Origin: Eledone cirrhosa
Lineage: Eukaryota
Direction of reading: 5' to 3'
Assembly (NCBI GenBank): GCA_964016885.1
Contig: OZ024753.1
Location: forward strand, 41,354,001-41,418,000
DNA: 64,000 bases
Under the pieces are notes generated by a model. It was not told where the DNA came from. It saw only the letters and a program-made list of their open reading frames with translations, and ran no database searches. Both the position numbers and the translations under genes were made by a program. Positions 25,830-41,039 of this stretch are shown here, piece by piece; the first letter of the stretch is position 1; each line of letters begins with the position of its first letter.

Positions 25830-26057
25830 GTGAATTTCCAACTATATATCCATCGAAATGCTGGCTATATATTCAGCAGTGATATCAAAATAAGTATAGG
25901 ATAAGATAAATATTCTATGCTAAAAGCCGACTCTGTGAAGAAAGGAATTAATTGAAACTGAAAGCATTTAGAGTTTTATGGTCATGCCCTTATATATTAT
26001 GTAATAGATACCTCATCAGACAGCTGTTTATATGTATACACACACACAAACACACAA

Positions 26058-26129
<72 letters not shown>

Positions 26130-26201
26130 TCGTTTGATAAGATCCAGGACCTCAGAGTGGGGGGAGTGGAACTCGTCAAATCGGACCAAGGAAACAATGT
26201 A

Positions 26202-26238
<37 letters not shown>

Positions 26239-29200
26239 GTATGCATGTACATTGTATTCATACCTTCACCTGAGAGGAGACAGGAAGATTTTGACAACAA
26301 ACTTTTGAGTACAATATGCGTTTTATACACATGAAAATATCTTTATCGAAATGGAACATTATAGAATCTACAAGAACTGTATAAATTTTTGTTTTTTTTC
26401 CTCGGAATAAGATAGGTTAAAATCTAGCATATGAGGGGTATAAATCATACGATTTCTGGAAAATATGGATAAGGTGATATTTCATGGATGTGTTTTAAAC
26501 ATGATTTTCTTTTTTGTGAAATGTATACATTTATACATGTATTTTAAACTGAATATGTTTTTGTTAAATGTACACACACTCTAACAAAGAAAAATATCAT
26601 CGAAATATCATCCTTGGAGATATGGCTGTGTAATTCAGCTAAATTCTAAAATGTTTTCACTGCATTCCATTTGTATTTCCCTATCCAAATGTACAGATGA
26701 AAGATTATGTAAAAAGTCGATAGAATACAAGTTGATATATGCTTTCTCAGAGATGAAGTTTGATAATTTAGTGACACCTCAGTGGATATTCACCTCTCAC
26801 ACTACTCAACATTTATACAGAATCATTTAAAAAAAAAAATACAATCTAGTTTCTTCTCGACGTTTGAACATGTTGCATTCTGAATATCAGTTCTGCTGTA
26901 GTAGCTGATGTTGATGTCATATCGTTATTGTTTGTTTCAGATTTTTTACATTCTGAGTTCAAATCCCGCCGAGGTTAGCGTTACGGGGTCGATAAAATAA
27001 AGTACCAGTATCGAACACAAGTACACATATGCCTTACAGCTATTCTTATATATTGCAGTCTGAAGTCTAGATCTTTTAATGTTATATAAAAATAAACAAA
27101 TAGATAGTAAAATAATTGAAAAATAAATCTCTTGTCGAACAATAAGTATTAATTACTCCATTCTAGTTGAATTACTAATAATTATGCATGTAGTTTGATA
27201 TTGCGTATAGAGGAGAAAGAGAAATTATAATTATTGGGTTTCATAATTTGATAGGTGAATATTTGGTAAGGAATATACTGAAAAGAGACTAAGAAAAAAA
27301 AAAGTTCAATAATTCTTATTTTAATAATATATTCGTTCTTTGACTTTAAGATTATGGTTTAGTATTTTCTTAATGGTAGATTAGCGACTCATTGTGAAAT
27401 AAAACTGTTTGTTTTCTCTTACATAAAAGGCTTCTTTTTTTTTTTTTTTTTTTTTTGGCAAATAAAATATAAAATATAAACTAAATTTATATGTATTAAA
27501 ATACTGATTCCTATAGAATTCAAAAAAAACAAAAGTAATAATTATATAAATCATAAGTTTTTTAGTAAATCTGGAAGGTCTCCATATACAGGGAATTTTA
27601 TATGAAAATCGATAAATATAATTAATATTTTTCTGGCATATTTTAGTAGTTTTTCTTTATAATTTCTCGTTAATAGAATTAAAAATTATCCACACATGTA
27701 TGATTCTATCTTATTCATTGATATTATCGAGATGAGTGCCAATTAAGATCAGTTGTTTTTGCTATTGCTGTTAAAATCGAATGCTATTGTGCAATAAAAC
27801 GAAGAAAGTATGATGGTAAAATGCTTTTGATTTCTTTGTGTGCAATACACCATAAACTGGTGAAGATTATTTTAAAAATTGAATATCTCATTTAAATAAG
27901 AATGCTTTCGATTATTAGAAAAGGAATTCTTAACAACAATTGTTCAATCTAACTTATAACGTCCTGTAGTAATTTAGCCGGACAGTAAAATGGCAGATTC
28001 GTTAGAACGTCGGATAAAATGTTTCTTCTATATCTCTTTCTCACTTCCTTTTACTCATTCTTTATTCTCTAGAAGATCTCTTGGAAAGGATTCGGGTTAA
28101 ATGAAATTGAAATGAAATGATTTAGCAAAAATTATCTAAAAATGAGTTTGTTAATTCAAACGTCTATAGTATCTTTACTACTATCCAGATTTTTGTGAAA
28201 GCTTGTTGTAAATACTTTGATTTTTAATGTGATGCAGTTATGTTGTTGTTTTATACTTTTCAAGAATGTCTTGCTAATGTGGCTTAATATTGTTTGTTAA
28301 TTCAAGTATTTATAGTAACTTTGCTTGTAGACAGATTATTGTAAAAATTTACAGCATTAGAGCAACGACTTCGATGCTATCCTGTGATGCCGTCCTGGTG
28401 GCATGTTATACTTTTCTATTTACTTTTCTATATGATACAGGGCGTTAAGAGTTAAAGTGCGAACATGTTGAGATTGAATTGGTCTGTATTTAATAATATA
28501 AAAACTAGTGATAATTGTATCTGTTAAGGCAAATAGAAACGTTTCGATAGAAGACTAGTTAATGTGTAATTTTTTTTTTTTTTTTTTTGGCTGCAAAATC
28601 CTAATATATTTACTCCGAAGAAAACATTTATTCTGACCTTCTGCCCATTTGTCTTTCGGTTGAGAATACAATATAATCGTTATAGAACCGAATACAATAA
28701 ACACACGAGTGAAATATATCCAAATCCCATAAAGCTACCAAGTCAACATTCAGAGAAAAGTTTGTATAGGAAGATGCGGCTATTTCTTACAATTTTGCAG
28801 ATATATCAACCAGAACATAATGAAATGATGTGTAAATCTTCGTACATAAACGTTTCTAAATTTATCTTCCATTAACGAAGTTATGAGACATAAATAACAA
28901 ACACTTGCAATTCTTCTCTTCTAGGAAACTGCAATGTGTGGGTTTTAAATATACTTAATCCATGTTCAGGCGGCAAATTGGCAGAGTCGTTAGAACGTCG
29001 GATAGAATGCTTTAACGTAGTCATTCCGGTTTTCTGCTCTCTGAGTTCAAATCCCACCGAGGTTAACTTTGCCTTTCACCCTTTCGAGGTCAATAAAAAA
29101 AAAAAGTACCAGTCTAATATTGCCGATCGATTCTTCCTCTATATTTCTTTCACATTTCCTCTCTCTCACTTTCTTTCATTCACTGGAAGAAATCTGCTTT

Positions 29201-30309
29201 ACTCAGGCCTGGAAAGGATTGTCTCCGCCAGGCTTAAAATGCTCCAAAACGCCGTATGTCAATACGGTGCCCCTACGACTCTATCAGGCATTACTGCTAC
29301 TTTATTGGACTGGGTTATTGCTGGCTTTGTGCCAAAAGTAGAAACAATTATATATTAGACAGTCGTTTCTTTAGAATCTTATTGTAATTATAGCAAAGAA
29401 AGTAACAATACAGAAAGTAATAATATATTGGTATTTGATTCCTGACAGCTGCGAGAATATTGTGTTTCATTAAATTAAGGAGTGTTATTAATATTTAATT
29501 AATTGAGACGGTTAATATGTCTTTCTCTAATTTCTTATCACATCACACATATATATATATATATATATACCTCTATCTCTCTATCTCTCTTTCTTTCTTT
29601 CTTTCTTTCTTTCTGTCTCTCTATTCTTCTCTGGAAGAAATGGGTTATGTGTAAATCTAGAGAGTGATGTGCTGAGCCAGGTTTAAATGCTGAAGAAACG
29701 TTGATTGTCACACCAGTACACCTACGATTTCTTCATGTGTTCTGGCTCAATCCTGTATGCTTTGGCCTAAGAAACAGAAGTCGTCTCTATCTGGAACCTA
29801 TTCCGAAAGGTATTCAAAATGGCAGTACAATGCAGTACAATGTGTTCTTATCTAGAAATAAACGACAGCCAGAATCAACCAAGAATCCTTTACATAGTCG
29901 AAAGGCATGCTAAAAATAGCAACAAAATGTTCACCAAAATATACCTAGTGTCTTAAAGAGATGTAGATGTGCTCATGGATGAACATTGCCGGAAAATCAT
30001 GGTTCTTAATTCAAGCACAAGAGAGGGGAATGTCAATTAAATCAACACGAAACTTGAGGAAAAATTCAATTTTATCAACCCAGTATTTTACTCGTACTTT
30101 ATTTCATCGAGCCCGGATGAAAGAAAGGCAAAGGTGATCTCGGCTCCGTGGGATTTGAAATCAGGGCGTAAAGAGCCAAAAAAATATCGCAACGCTCTAA
30201 TGATTTTCCCAAACTCATAGAGACGGAAATTAATAAAAAAAATGTTCCCAACTTGAACGAATTTAATCATGCTTGCCTCACCAGGATTTGTCTAAAATGT
30301 CTAAAGTCT

Positions 30310-30610
30310 GTCACGCATTGCTGAGTGGTTAGAGCATTGGGCTTGCAATCGAAAGGTTGTGAGTTCAATTGTCGGACCGGGTGATATGTTGTTTCCTTGA
30401 GCAAGACACTTTATTTCACGTTGCTCCAGTTTACTCAGCTGTAGAAAAGAGATGATAGGACTGGGGTCTCTATCATTAAATCACCCAAGACACCTCCAAC
30501 GAGATATAACTTGGAGGAGGCCAGCTAAACCTGCAGAGGTGTGAGCTGTAACAACAACAACAACAAACAACGATAGATATATAAATATTTTGGGTGATAA
30601 AACTCCAAAG
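30310..30610 (+). mobile_element. SINE family B head plus ~160-bp extension
   Basis: Near-identical inverted copy at 34733-35025. Confidence 0.7.
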
Positions 30611-31047
30611 GTGTAGGAAGTATAGTGGAAATGATGATAGCTTGGGAATATAGTTGGGTTGTATGAGTTTATAGTCTATATGTGTATATGGTTAAATATA
30701 TAGTTAAATATATATATTTGTGTATATAGTTAAATATATAGTTAAATAAACCTGGATAGGTGTGAGCTGTCACACACGCACACACAAAGTCTGTCTCGAG
30801 CCTGAAGGCTCATCAGGCCGATGCTTAACCCAGTTCCTATGGCATCAAGTGACTGAAAGTACAATACTACCCCCTGGACATGATGCTAGTCCTTCTCAGG
30901 GTTAAACTCCCAGCTATTTCTGATACTTCATTTCTCGTTGCTCCAGTATACTCAGCTGAAAATGAGTGTTTCGCTAAATAACACAACACACAACCCTGTC
31001 CAGTAATCGACCTAAACTATGGTAACAATCAAGACATTTCACAGATT

Positions 31048-31206
31048 TACGAGGTGTGTCAGAAAAGAAGCAAGACTGGGGTGTCAAAAAAACATACAAT
31101 AGCTACAAAGAATTGAGGCTCCTGTTATATACTCCCCACTTATCTCTACCTCACCCATAGCTCACACAACACACTAAGTCCTGTTACTTTTCTAATAAAC
31201 CTCGTA
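31048..31206. mobile_element. Tc1/mariner-type MITE
   Basis: Imperfect ~30-bp TIRs TACGAGGTGTGTCAGAAAAG... / ...CTTTTCTAATAAACCTCGTA with TA ends. Confidence 0.6.
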
Positions 31207-31538
31207 CACAAACGGCTTAGTTGAATTCATGATATGGTTGTTTAATTAACAAATATCTTGTTCTGTCGTTCGTCTTGATGCTGCACATTTGTATGCTATG
31301 TGATAGGGCAGTTGTACTTATATATAAAATATTTTAATTGATACTGATACTACAATAGAGACAGACATGTAACATAAATTATGTCCAAGCCACTTAATAA
31401 CTCTACAGCCAAGATAACGACTGCAATTAGGTTATTAAAACAATTGAAGTGTTTGAGGGTGATTACAGTTATGTTACTTGAATATAAAAACGACATACCC
31501 CCACATACACAGACAGACGCACGTATACACACTCACAA

Positions 31539-31590
<52 letters not shown>

Positions 31591-31597
<7 letters not shown>

Positions 31598-31757
31598 TAA
31601 ACTTAGTCCTTCATCAGTGATCTTCCAACCGTCATTGGTATTTCTTCGCATTAAAGATCATTTAATGCGAAGAAATACCAATGAAAGTTGGAAGATCACT
31701 GATGAAGAACTAATTTTATTCATATGTAACCCATTTGCAACCATGCAGCACGCCATT

Positions 31758-31762
<5 letters not shown>
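31591..31762 (+). mobile_element. Fold-back element (65-bp arms + short tail) in (TA)n
   Basis: 31591-31655 is the reverse complement of 31661-31725, with about 4 mismatches. Confidence 0.65.
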
Positions 31763-31833
<71 letters not shown>

Positions 31834-32594
31834 ATTCTGTCAGGAGTTGTGATCGGTAGATAATATCAGCAATGGAATGTCCAATGGAAACATTCTTTCC
31901 TTGGTCCTATTCAACAAGTTCCACCACACTCAGTAACCTAATTAGGTCTGGGATCCTGTCGATTATTTCCATTCCATTTCCAATAATTTCCAAGTCATTT
32001 TAAACTTGTTTACTTCGTTTTTTTTTCTTTCACTTTCTTTTTGATAAATTTCCAAATTACATTTTTAATATATTCATTGTTCAATAAACTATTTAGTTAC
32101 TAGTTTTCTACTTTTTGCGGTGTATATTTTCATGGTTTTAATTTCTCTTCAATTTACTTAAGTTTTCTTTCTTCATATCATAAATATTTCATGTCATTCA
32201 TTCAATTATACGTGTTGACGCTAATGGCTTATTTTTCCGGATATTATCTATTTGTGATCGATAAAACGAACTATTTGTGAGTGTTGGGTGGTGGATTGAT
32301 AGTCTCGTTAGTATGTGGAATAAAACACTCAGCAGTAATGTGTTATGTAACTGTACGTTTTGCTTTCAACCCCCTCCCCCAGGTCAACTTTGCCTGTCAT
32401 CCTTCTGAGGGTCAATAAAATAAAGTACCAGTTATGTACTGAGTCGATATAATCGACTTTCCCCATCCCCCAATTTGCTGGCCTTGTGCCAATGTTAGAA
32501 GGAATTATTTACTGAGGCATTGATAAAATAAAATATCAGTATTGAGAGGATCGTTGACATCACTAAAAGTCTGATGTTCTACGACTGAGTTATG

Positions 32595-32835
32595 TCGGTG
32601 GCTTAGTGGTTAGAGAATTGGATTTGGACTCATGAGGTTGTGAATTCGATTCTCGGACTGGGTGATGCGTTATGTCTTTGAGCAAGGCACTTTATTTCAC
32701 GTTGCTCCTTCTACCAGAAGTAGCGGCCGGTAGATACTACCAGCAATGGAAGGATCAATGGAAACATTGTTTCCTTGGTCCGATTTGACGAGCTCCATCA
32801 CATTCTGTAAGCGAATGAGGTGTGGGATCTTGTTG
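32595..32835 (+). mobile_element. SINE family B
   Basis: A/B boxes, core domain and 3' part matching 3243 and 6413. Confidence 0.75.
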
Positions 32836-33392
32836 AGTGGTTTCTTGAAAGGTTGGATTAGCGAACGTGTTAGAGGGTCGAAATAAATGTTTGTCTTGAA
32901 GTATTTGATTTGAATCTTTCCGTTCTTAGTTCAAATGTCATTTTGGCTTACTTTGTAGGTAGTATTAACCCACCAGCTGTTCAATCAACGTCACCTTGGA
33001 CCCCTTTAGTGGAGCTGACTTTGTTGTAAACATTCTTCCCCTCTCTCGACTAAAAGGTAAAGAAATATGTTAAGTTTAGTGATGCCTGTTCTGTCCCTTC
33101 TTTATCGTTAATTCGTCTCTGTTGAGTTGTGGAGTATGTTGTGTTTTGTTCTCGTGTATATTGTTGTATATTATTTTGCCTCAAGATTTTCCGCTTCAGC
33201 TAATGCTATCTGTTCGATGATTCGAAGATTTTATATTTCTATACTATTCCTTTGTGGTAAAATCTCAGGATACTTTCTTCTTTGCCAGATTTGGTGAGTC
33301 GAAACAAACTTGAACCATACGTGAGCCTAAAGCGTAAAACACTTTATAGTGATTACACTCATATATAAAATCACATGCATATATCTCTATAT

Positions 33393-33800
33393 CATAATTG
33401 TTTCTACTTTTGGTACAAGGCCAGCAATTAACCCAGTGTATTACTGATATTTTATTTTATCGACCCCGTAAGGATGAAAGGCAAAATTAACCATCGGGAT
33501 TTGAACTCAGACCATAAAGGGCCGCAACTCTTTGCTGGAAAGCATGGCGTCAGACCCTCTACCGATATTGCCAATCCACATCTCTACATCATAATGATTT
33601 CTAATTTTGGCACAAGCTCAGAAAATGTGGGGGATAAGCGACGTTGATTGAATCAACACAGTACATGACTGGTACTTTATTTTATAGACACCTGAAGGAT
33701 GAAAGGCTAAGTTGACCGAGACAGGATTTAAATTAGGGATTTAAAGAGCCGGAATATATGCTTCTAAACATTTGTCTTACGTTCTGACAACCCACCATCC
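33393..33800 (-). mobile_element. Two tandem family A SINEs
   Basis: 33393-33580 is well conserved; 33590-33800 is older. Confidence 0.7.
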
Positions 33801-34277
33801 AGATACAATTTTTTATGATAAATAATAAACATATATACTATAGCCATCAAATAAAAACTGACATTATTAGCGTTAAACACACAAGCAATCATGTCACATA
33901 TAAAGAAAGGTTTTTCACACCAACATACAAACTTCTAAGTTAAACATAGCAACGACCACATCAGTCTACATAAACCTACACTCAAGCTAAAACACACACA
34001 TTCACATACTAAATATACATAGAAAATATACATACAAACACACAAAATAAGTGACATACGCCTAAACAAAATCAATAAAAGCCACATACAGACGTAGATA
34101 TATGCCTACATTGCGACTAATATATACATACACATATACTATCACCCACGTAGAAATATGCGCCTACACATAATTATACGCCTACACACTGTTAATATAT
34201 ACACTCGCAGACAGGATATCAACGCAAACTAACATGCGTAGAAAGACATACATCTTCTCTAACAAACAAGCTTACAC

Positions 34278-34733
34278 ACACATACAGACTTGAATATATA
34301 CACATATAGAATTGAATATATACACATACAGACTTAAATATATACATATATAGATTTAACTATATATATACATATTGATTTAAATATATACACATACAGA
34401 CTTAAATATATACACATACAGACTTAAATATATGCACATACTGATTTAACTATATACACATATAGACTTAAATATATACACATACAGACTTAAATATATA
34501 CACATATAGACTTAAATATATACACATATAGACTTAAATATATACACATATAGACTTAAATATATACACATATAGACTTAAATATATACACATACAGACT
34601 TAACTATATACACGAACTATTTTATCTATATATACACACAGATTTACTTATATGTACACATGCAGATTTAAATATATAAACATACAGACTTAAGTATATA
34701 CATATACAGGCTTAAATATATACCCATATAGAC
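34278..34733. repeat. 22-bp minisatellite (CACATATAGACTTAAATATATA) x~20
   Basis: Seen directly. Confidence 0.9.
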
Positions 34734-35232
34734 TTTGGAGTTTTATCACCCAAAATATTTATATATCTATCGTTGTTTGTTGTTGTTGTTACAGCTCACA
34801 CCTCTGCAGGTTTAGCTGGCCTCCTCCAAGTTATATCTCGTTGGAGGTGTCTTGGGTGATTTAAAGATAGGGACCCCAGTCCTATCATCTCATTTCTACA
34901 GCTGAGTAAACTGGAGCAACGTGAAATAAAGTGTCTTGCTCAAGGAAACAACACATCACCCGGTCCGAGAATTGAACTCACAACCTTTCGATTGCAAGCC
35001 CAATGTTTTAACCGCTAAGCATGCGCCTTCACTGGAGCAACGTGAAATAAAGTGTCTTGCTCAAGGAAACAACACATCACCCGATCCGAGAATTGAACTC
35101 ACAACCTTTCGATTGCAAGCCCACTGTTCTAACCGCTAAGCATGCGCCTTCACTGGAGCAACGTGAAATAAAGTGTCTTGCTCAAGGAAATAACACATCA
35201 CACAATGCTCTAACCACTAAGCCATGCGCCTT
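34733..35232 (-). mobile_element. SINE family B with extension and tandemly repeated head (121-bp period)
   Basis: ACTGGAGCAACGTGAAATAAAG recurs at 34910, 35031 and 35152. Confidence 0.75.
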
Positions 35233-35624
35233 CTATCGTTAATTATTATTGATTTGTTTTTCATGTCCTTAATCTTTCATAGCTACTCCTACAACTATTA
35301 ACCGAAGACAGAACCCTTAATGAGACCGACAGTGAAATTCATTTTCATTTGATCTGTCAAAGCCGTCTCAGCTTGACCGTCAGTTACAGGTTATAAACGA
35401 TATCACCATTGAATTGCTCTCAAATATCGAGTCCTCCGTTGAATAATGGCCTTACTACTAGTGTTTTCTCTAACGGCATCTTATCTCCACACACACACAC
35501 ACAAACAACACACACACATACACACACACATATATGTATGTATATATATATATATATATACGCATACACACAAACACACATATATATATATGTATGTATG
35601 TATGTATACACACACGTATATGTA

Positions 35625-35762
<138 letters not shown>

Positions 35763-36387
35763 GGCCTAAGTGTTTTTAGTATGTAATATATCATATTCGG
35801 CAGCTGTAATTCGTATCTGATGGTGAAACCATTAAATTGTAAAATATTTATAATAGATGTTAAAGAATGATAAGACAATAATACATTTTGTATAGTTTAC
35901 CATTGCAAAGAGCGAGTATAAAAGTATAATGTTGAAAATAAAGAAAGTGTAGGAATTGTTATTGTTTGTCTTATATATCGTTGAAAACTTCCTATTTATT
36001 TAAACATTTTGTATATCAAAGTCTCGAGTCTGTCTCGAGCTCGGAGTCTCATCAAACACAGGTGGTTATGTCGAGTTCCGTTGGCGTTAAGCGACTGAGA
36101 GTACAATACCCTCATCTCACTGGACAGGACGCCAGTCCATCGCAGAGTTAAACTCCCAGCTGTTGCTGCGCTAGTACTCATTTTCAGCTGAGTATATTGG
36201 ACCAATGTGAAATGAAGTGTTTTATTCAAGAATACAACACCCAACTCAGTCCGTGAATCGAGCCCACCATATTATGATCAACACCCTTACTACTAAGCCA
36301 CGCACCTATACAAGCATTTTGTATACACCAATATATAAATTTAAAGACAAAAACTATATATAGATCACAAATAACAGCTACGCATTT

Positions 36388-36459
<72 letters not shown>

Positions 36460-36869
36460 TCTCTCTCTCTCGCGCTCTCTAGCTCTCTCTCTCTAGCTAT
36501 CTCTCTCTCGCACTACTTCTTCCCCTTTCGTTTGATGAACGCCAACCAGCGTAAAACAGACTGACAGCATCTCTCCCTTCTTTCGCCGAAAAGAAGTAAG
36601 TGACATAGTCACTACTTTAAAACTGATAGCATATGGTCTTTTAAATGTGTTTAATTAAACATACGGTATATTGCCAAATATACATATAAATGTATATTTA
36701 TTTAACATGCGAAACCAACAGAAGGAGTAGAGTTAAGTCAACGTGGATTCATAATTGATAGTGAACGGAGGAAAATCATGTCAATAGTCAGAATCAAAAG
36801 ATTTAATTAAGCGACAGCCTGCAGCATGGACTGACGTGTAGCGCTGGATGCATGCATCAATGCGTAAAT

Positions 36870-37288
36870 ATAATTATTTCTACTTTTGGCACAAGGCCAG
36901 CAATTAAATCAGTACATTACTGGTACTTTATTTTATCGACCCCGTAAGGATGAAAGGCAGAGTTAACCTAGGCGGGATTTGAACTGAGATCATAAAGGAG
37001 CATAACTCTATGCTGGAAAGCATGGTGTCCGACCCTCTACCGATACTGCCAATCCACCGCCCTATTTGAACTCATAATAATTGTTTCTACTTTGGGCACA
37101 AGGCTAGCAATTATCCCAGTGTATTACTGGTACTTTATTTTATCGACCCCGTCAGGATGAAAGGCAGATTTAACCTCGGCGGGATTTGAGATTAACTTTG
37201 CCTTTCATCCTTACAGGGTCGATAAAATAAAGTACCAACAATACACTGGGATAATTTTTGGCCTTGTGCCAAAAGTAGAAACAATTAT
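36870..37288. mobile_element. Cluster of three family A SINE pieces (two minus, one plus)
   Basis: 36870-37062 (-), 37075-37190 (-), 37189-37288 (+). Confidence 0.8.
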
Positions 37289-37604
37289 ATTTACATATTG
37301 ATGCTTGCATCTAGCGCTACACGCCAGTCCTATAATCGAAAATCATTAGGCCGGAACAAGTTAACAGCAACAGAGTTAAAGGGTCTAATACTATGGCTCC
37401 TGTTAGTCCTACCAGTTGTAAACGAGCAGGTGAAGATGCAATCTTAAACCTGAAAGAGATGCTTTTTATCGGATGGAAGCAGATAGGATTTCTCTGCTGC
37501 AAGATGTTTATCAGCATCAGACTCTGGACTTTCAGATAAACTTTATAACATTTTAGTTGAAAGGAAAGAGAGAACTCGTAAGAAATGTTTAAAGCCTCCA
37601 ATAT

Positions 37605-37792
37605 AATATTATTTCTACTTTAGGCACAAGGCCAGCAATTATCCCAGTGCATTGCTGGTACTTTATTTTATCGACCCCGTAAGGATGAAAGGCAAAGCTA
37701 ACCTTGGCAGGATTTGAACACAGAACATAAAGGGCCATAACTCTATGCTGCAAAGCATGGTGTCTGACGTTCTACCGATTCTGCCAATTCAG
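37605..37792 (-). mobile_element. SINE family A
   Basis: Matches the family consensus. Confidence 0.8.
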
Positions 37793-38806
37793 TAATTATT
37801 GAACGTTTGTAAGGCTCCCTTCGGACATGGCTGGTCATGGGTTCGTTCGTTCCGGGTGAGTTCCTCTGTAAGGTACAAACCTTAGTAAGATGTTTTGTGG
37901 AAGACTAGTAATCACTCATGCATACAAGTCTCCCCACCTCTTCACGTTACCGATGTTGTTCATAGGAAACACAAAGGTCAATAGAGCTTGATACTGGTGC
38001 CCAGACAGACGGATTCAGAGCAGAAAGGGCTGAAGGAGATAACGTAAATTACACTCTAATAATTCCATCAATCCACCAGCTTAGACCGAAACTTTCTTTA
38101 TCTACCACGTAAGGATGAAAATTAAAGCAGACATTTGAACTCAGAACTTAGAGATCAAGAACAAATACCGCGAAGAATTTTCTGTTTGTAGTGATCTTTT
38201 ATACCCCGTCTCTGGATTAAAATAATGAAATGAGCCTTCATCTGAGTCAACGACGGGTATTCTAGTTGCTCTATCAACGGATCAGCCTGGACGTCAAGCA
38301 ATGTGAAAGAAAGTGTCTTCTTGAATGACACAACGCTCCAACAGGAATCGAACTCATCTCCTTGCGGCCATAGAGCTAAATACCCCAACCATTAAGCTAT
38401 ATAAATTCACTAAGAGATCTTTCACATCCAATCTTTAATATACTAATGTTTGACCGGCGTTTAAAGATCTTCTCTTATTGGATATGGCACAACCGGCACA
38501 AGCCTCATTAGTCATTTCTTTCAATATTGGAATATTCCAGACTACTAATGCATGGAATAAATTCCTAAATGTACCCTTATCATATAACTATGGGCGTTCG
38601 GGTGTTTCTTCCTCTCTTTCTGTCCCCTTCTCTCTCCTCAGGGCTTGTCCCAACAGTAGAAACAATTATTAACTATTAATTGATTGATATATGCACGTGT
38701 ACAACTTCCTAATTCCATGTGCATATGTATATGTATATAGCTATATATTTATATATAGATATATGTATGTAAATATGTTTATATGTAGATATATGTATAT
38801 ATGCAT

Positions 38807-38841
<35 letters not shown>

Positions 38842-38977
38842 TCTCTCTCTCTCGCCCTCTCTCTGTACATATATATATATGAACAGAGAGACCATGTTTC
38901 CCATCTGCCTGACAGATTTGCAAACAAGCATTTGTTATTCCATATCATGAATGAACATAAACTTACAAGTAGTGACT

Positions 38978-39080
<103 letters not shown>

Positions 39081-39223
39081 AATATATATATATACACACA
39101 AAAGCTTGCAACACATAGAGCTTCCCAACACCATGTTCAATCAAAACTAGGTGGCTATCTTCATTTATAAATCTTATATACTTATATATATATATACATC
39201 TTTATGTATATATATGTGTGTGC

Positions 39224-39257
<34 letters not shown>

Positions 39258-40059
39258 GCACACACATATATATATATACCAGAGAAACATATATATATAT
39301 ATATATACCAGAGAAACATAAATATTAACATAATATATCAGGCTGGGATGGGAGCAATTACCAAGTCTGTGAACTATTAATTTTCTAAGTGACCCATTTA
39401 TGAACTAACTATTAAGTGGACACTCGACCTGCTAGAAGTAGCAGCCTATTCTCCCAGAAATCAGTGCCTAAGGCCTTACATAAGGAAACGACATGTTTGT
39501 GTAGTCTTGCATGTCCATATAACGAGATAAAGATGAAGTTGGTAAGTGCTGAATCAAGGACAAGCTCTGATCAAGAAGATCTATAGTCAAATACCTATGG
39601 CTGTTCAGCTTCGATGATGATCATTCGATTGTTTAATCAACTGAAACTACTTATTCGTTAAATTTATGTGTAAATGATTGTGTATTCCACGCCTTTAAAA
39701 TAAAGGCCCATGTAATGTAGTGTAAGTGGTTGAGTAATTCACAGACACGTGTACACATAAGCTCTCACGCTGAATCAGTGTAACACAATATGTAATAAGG
39801 CTAGACATTCAAGTTACGAGAAAACCCTATCGAAGGACCTTCCGTTAATCCAGTTTTACTAACAACGCTCAAAGTGAGATTGAAACCATGAATCTAGGAT
39901 TACAAAGCCGGCTTCTTAACCATTCTGCCATGTAGCATCAATATACATGCTTAGAATATACAATAACAGTAGCAACGACTGATATATTTAGCTGTCTATA
40001 TAAGCTTATACCCGCTACAAATTAAATGTTTATATATATCTATCTATATATATATATAT

Positions 40060-40299
40060 ATAGGAACGAGTAGGACGCCGACGGCTGAGCTCAAGCCGTT
40101 TCGACGGGTAATTCTGGACTAATTTAGTCCAGAATTAGCCGTCGAAACGGCTTGAGCTCATTAGTCCAGAATTAGCCGTCGAAACGGCTTGAGCTCAGCC
40201 GTCGGGGTCCTACTCGTTCCTATTACCCACTCTACTACCCTAAGTATTGAGTACTTTGGTGCGTTATGGTCCACCTGGTTCCTTACCACATTTCCTTCG

Positions 40300-40302
<3 letters not shown>
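40060..40302 (+). mobile_element. PLE-like fold-back element, family P1, with internal tandem duplication
   Basis: Homologous to 10857; TTAGTCCAGAATTAGCCGTCGAAACGGCTTGAGCTCA is duplicated. Confidence 0.7.
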
Positions 40303-40341
<39 letters not shown>

Positions 40342-40444
40342 ATACATATATGTGTGTGTGTGTGTGAGTGTAGTGTTCGTATGTATGTGTACTCATAAAA
40401 GTTGTGCATAAGCGCCCACTTAAAGAATACACATACACACACTT

Positions 40445-40499
<55 letters not shown>

Positions 40500-40607
40500 T
40501 GCATTTAGCCAAGTGGGTGCGAGTATAGACTACTACAGCTGATGTTACAACGAAAGCACATGGAGAGCAGAACATGGTAACACAAGCATTTATAGCAGAG
40601 AAACTGG

Positions 40608-40666
<59 letters not shown>

Positions 40667-40734
40667 CAAAGAGAAAAAGAGGGAAAGGAGGAGTCACAGA
40701 AAAACGATAATTCCGGCTTATAGTATACATATAA

Positions 40735-40768
<34 letters not shown>

Positions 40769-41039
40769 CCAGAAATAGTGTAATCATTCGCATATAATTA
40801 CACACATTTATATATATATAAATGTGTGTAATTATATACGAATGACGAGTGTATATATTTATATAAACTTAAACGTTTTACACTTACATATATATTTAAT
40901 TTCCACACATTCCCACGTTCCCAATGCAGTCCGCCACTCGGTACGTTCGTTCTAAACTTTATAAGTCTTCAGTACTATATACGCATACACTCTGCATATA
41001 TGTATATGTATAGGCTATATGTATATGCTATATGGATTT

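Noticed and set aside
36510-36605. Pyrimidine-rich start plus GTAAGT donor as a possible first exon
   Set aside because: Only generic short motifs, a 9-codon ORF and no downstream exon identified.
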